Below are positions 63,735 to 64,000 of a DNA stretch of 64,000 nt, piece after piece. The position numbers and the translations under genes were made by a program. This stretch comes from a virus. The stretch lies in IMG/VR virus record IMGVR_UViG_2571042346_000003, one strand, 5' to 3'. Every line of letters starts with the position of its first letter. Within the stretch, counting starts at the first letter, position 1. A model generated the notes under the pieces. It saw only the letters and a program-made list of their open reading frames with translations. It was not told the DNA's origin and made no database searches.

Positions 63735-64000
63735 GGGGGCAGGAAACCGGAGTTGACCACGCTTCTTTTCACGGCCGATGCAGGCAATTTCGAAAAAAAC
63801 GTCCGGTTTCGGCATCGAGCGATGACCTAAGACAACCGCCAAAAACGGCAACCAGCCGCAACCCCATATCAATCAAGGATGTAGCTTTCCGGACGCGCTT
63901 CGGACTTGGTCCGGAGAAAACAGAGAATCAGGGGCCAAACAGAGAAAGAAAGGCTGGAGGATGGGGAGAATCGATGGTGCAAAGAGGTGCTTCGGAAAGA

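Noticed and set aside
63918-63946. AAACAGAGAA direct repeat as a possible attR feature
   Set aside because: I found no matching sequence at the left end of the window, so att sites and exact boundaries remain unassigned.
63740-64000. Possible tRNA or ncRNA integration target at the right end
   Set aside because: No cloverleaf or T-loop/CCA signature was recognisable by eye.

Overview
Almost the whole window (about 0.9-63.7 kb) is one apparently intact, GC-rich temperate myophage-like element. Its order, read right to left, is: a large serine recombinase/DUF2924 integration module, a LexA-type repressor, a phage sigma factor, a Sak4/RecD2/primase-helicase replication module with an iteron-type origin, terminase, portal, MuF, capsid and neck genes, and a contractile tail whose gene set resembles extracellular contractile injection systems (sheath, gp19-like tube, LysM, gpD, gp5-like spike, PAAR, gp25, baseplate J, DUF4815). 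To its left are the 3' end of a mercuric reductase gene and a small Cys-rich ORF with an in-frame UGA and a SECIS-like hairpin (candidate selenoprotein). The main observations are: (1) an 802-aa in-frame fusion of an N6-adenine DNA methyltransferase to the prohead protease and scaffold, with nested internal starts; (2) a bipartite motif CCGAC-N14-TCCGGTAAGTAA present 8 times exactly on the minus strand ahead of operons, plus one degenerate copy on the plus strand ahead of the recombinase operon, probably the phage sigma regulon; (3) defence-like cargo (PaeR7I-type R-M, AAA-DUF4143, RloAB-like pair) placed just upstream of those promoter copies; (4) a XerC-like recombinase with a stand-alone SAM-like partner and an array of 28-bp dyad sites; (5) a -1 frameshift in the tail assembly chaperone. 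All family assignments come from motif recognition by eye, not from database searches. No att sites could be identified.
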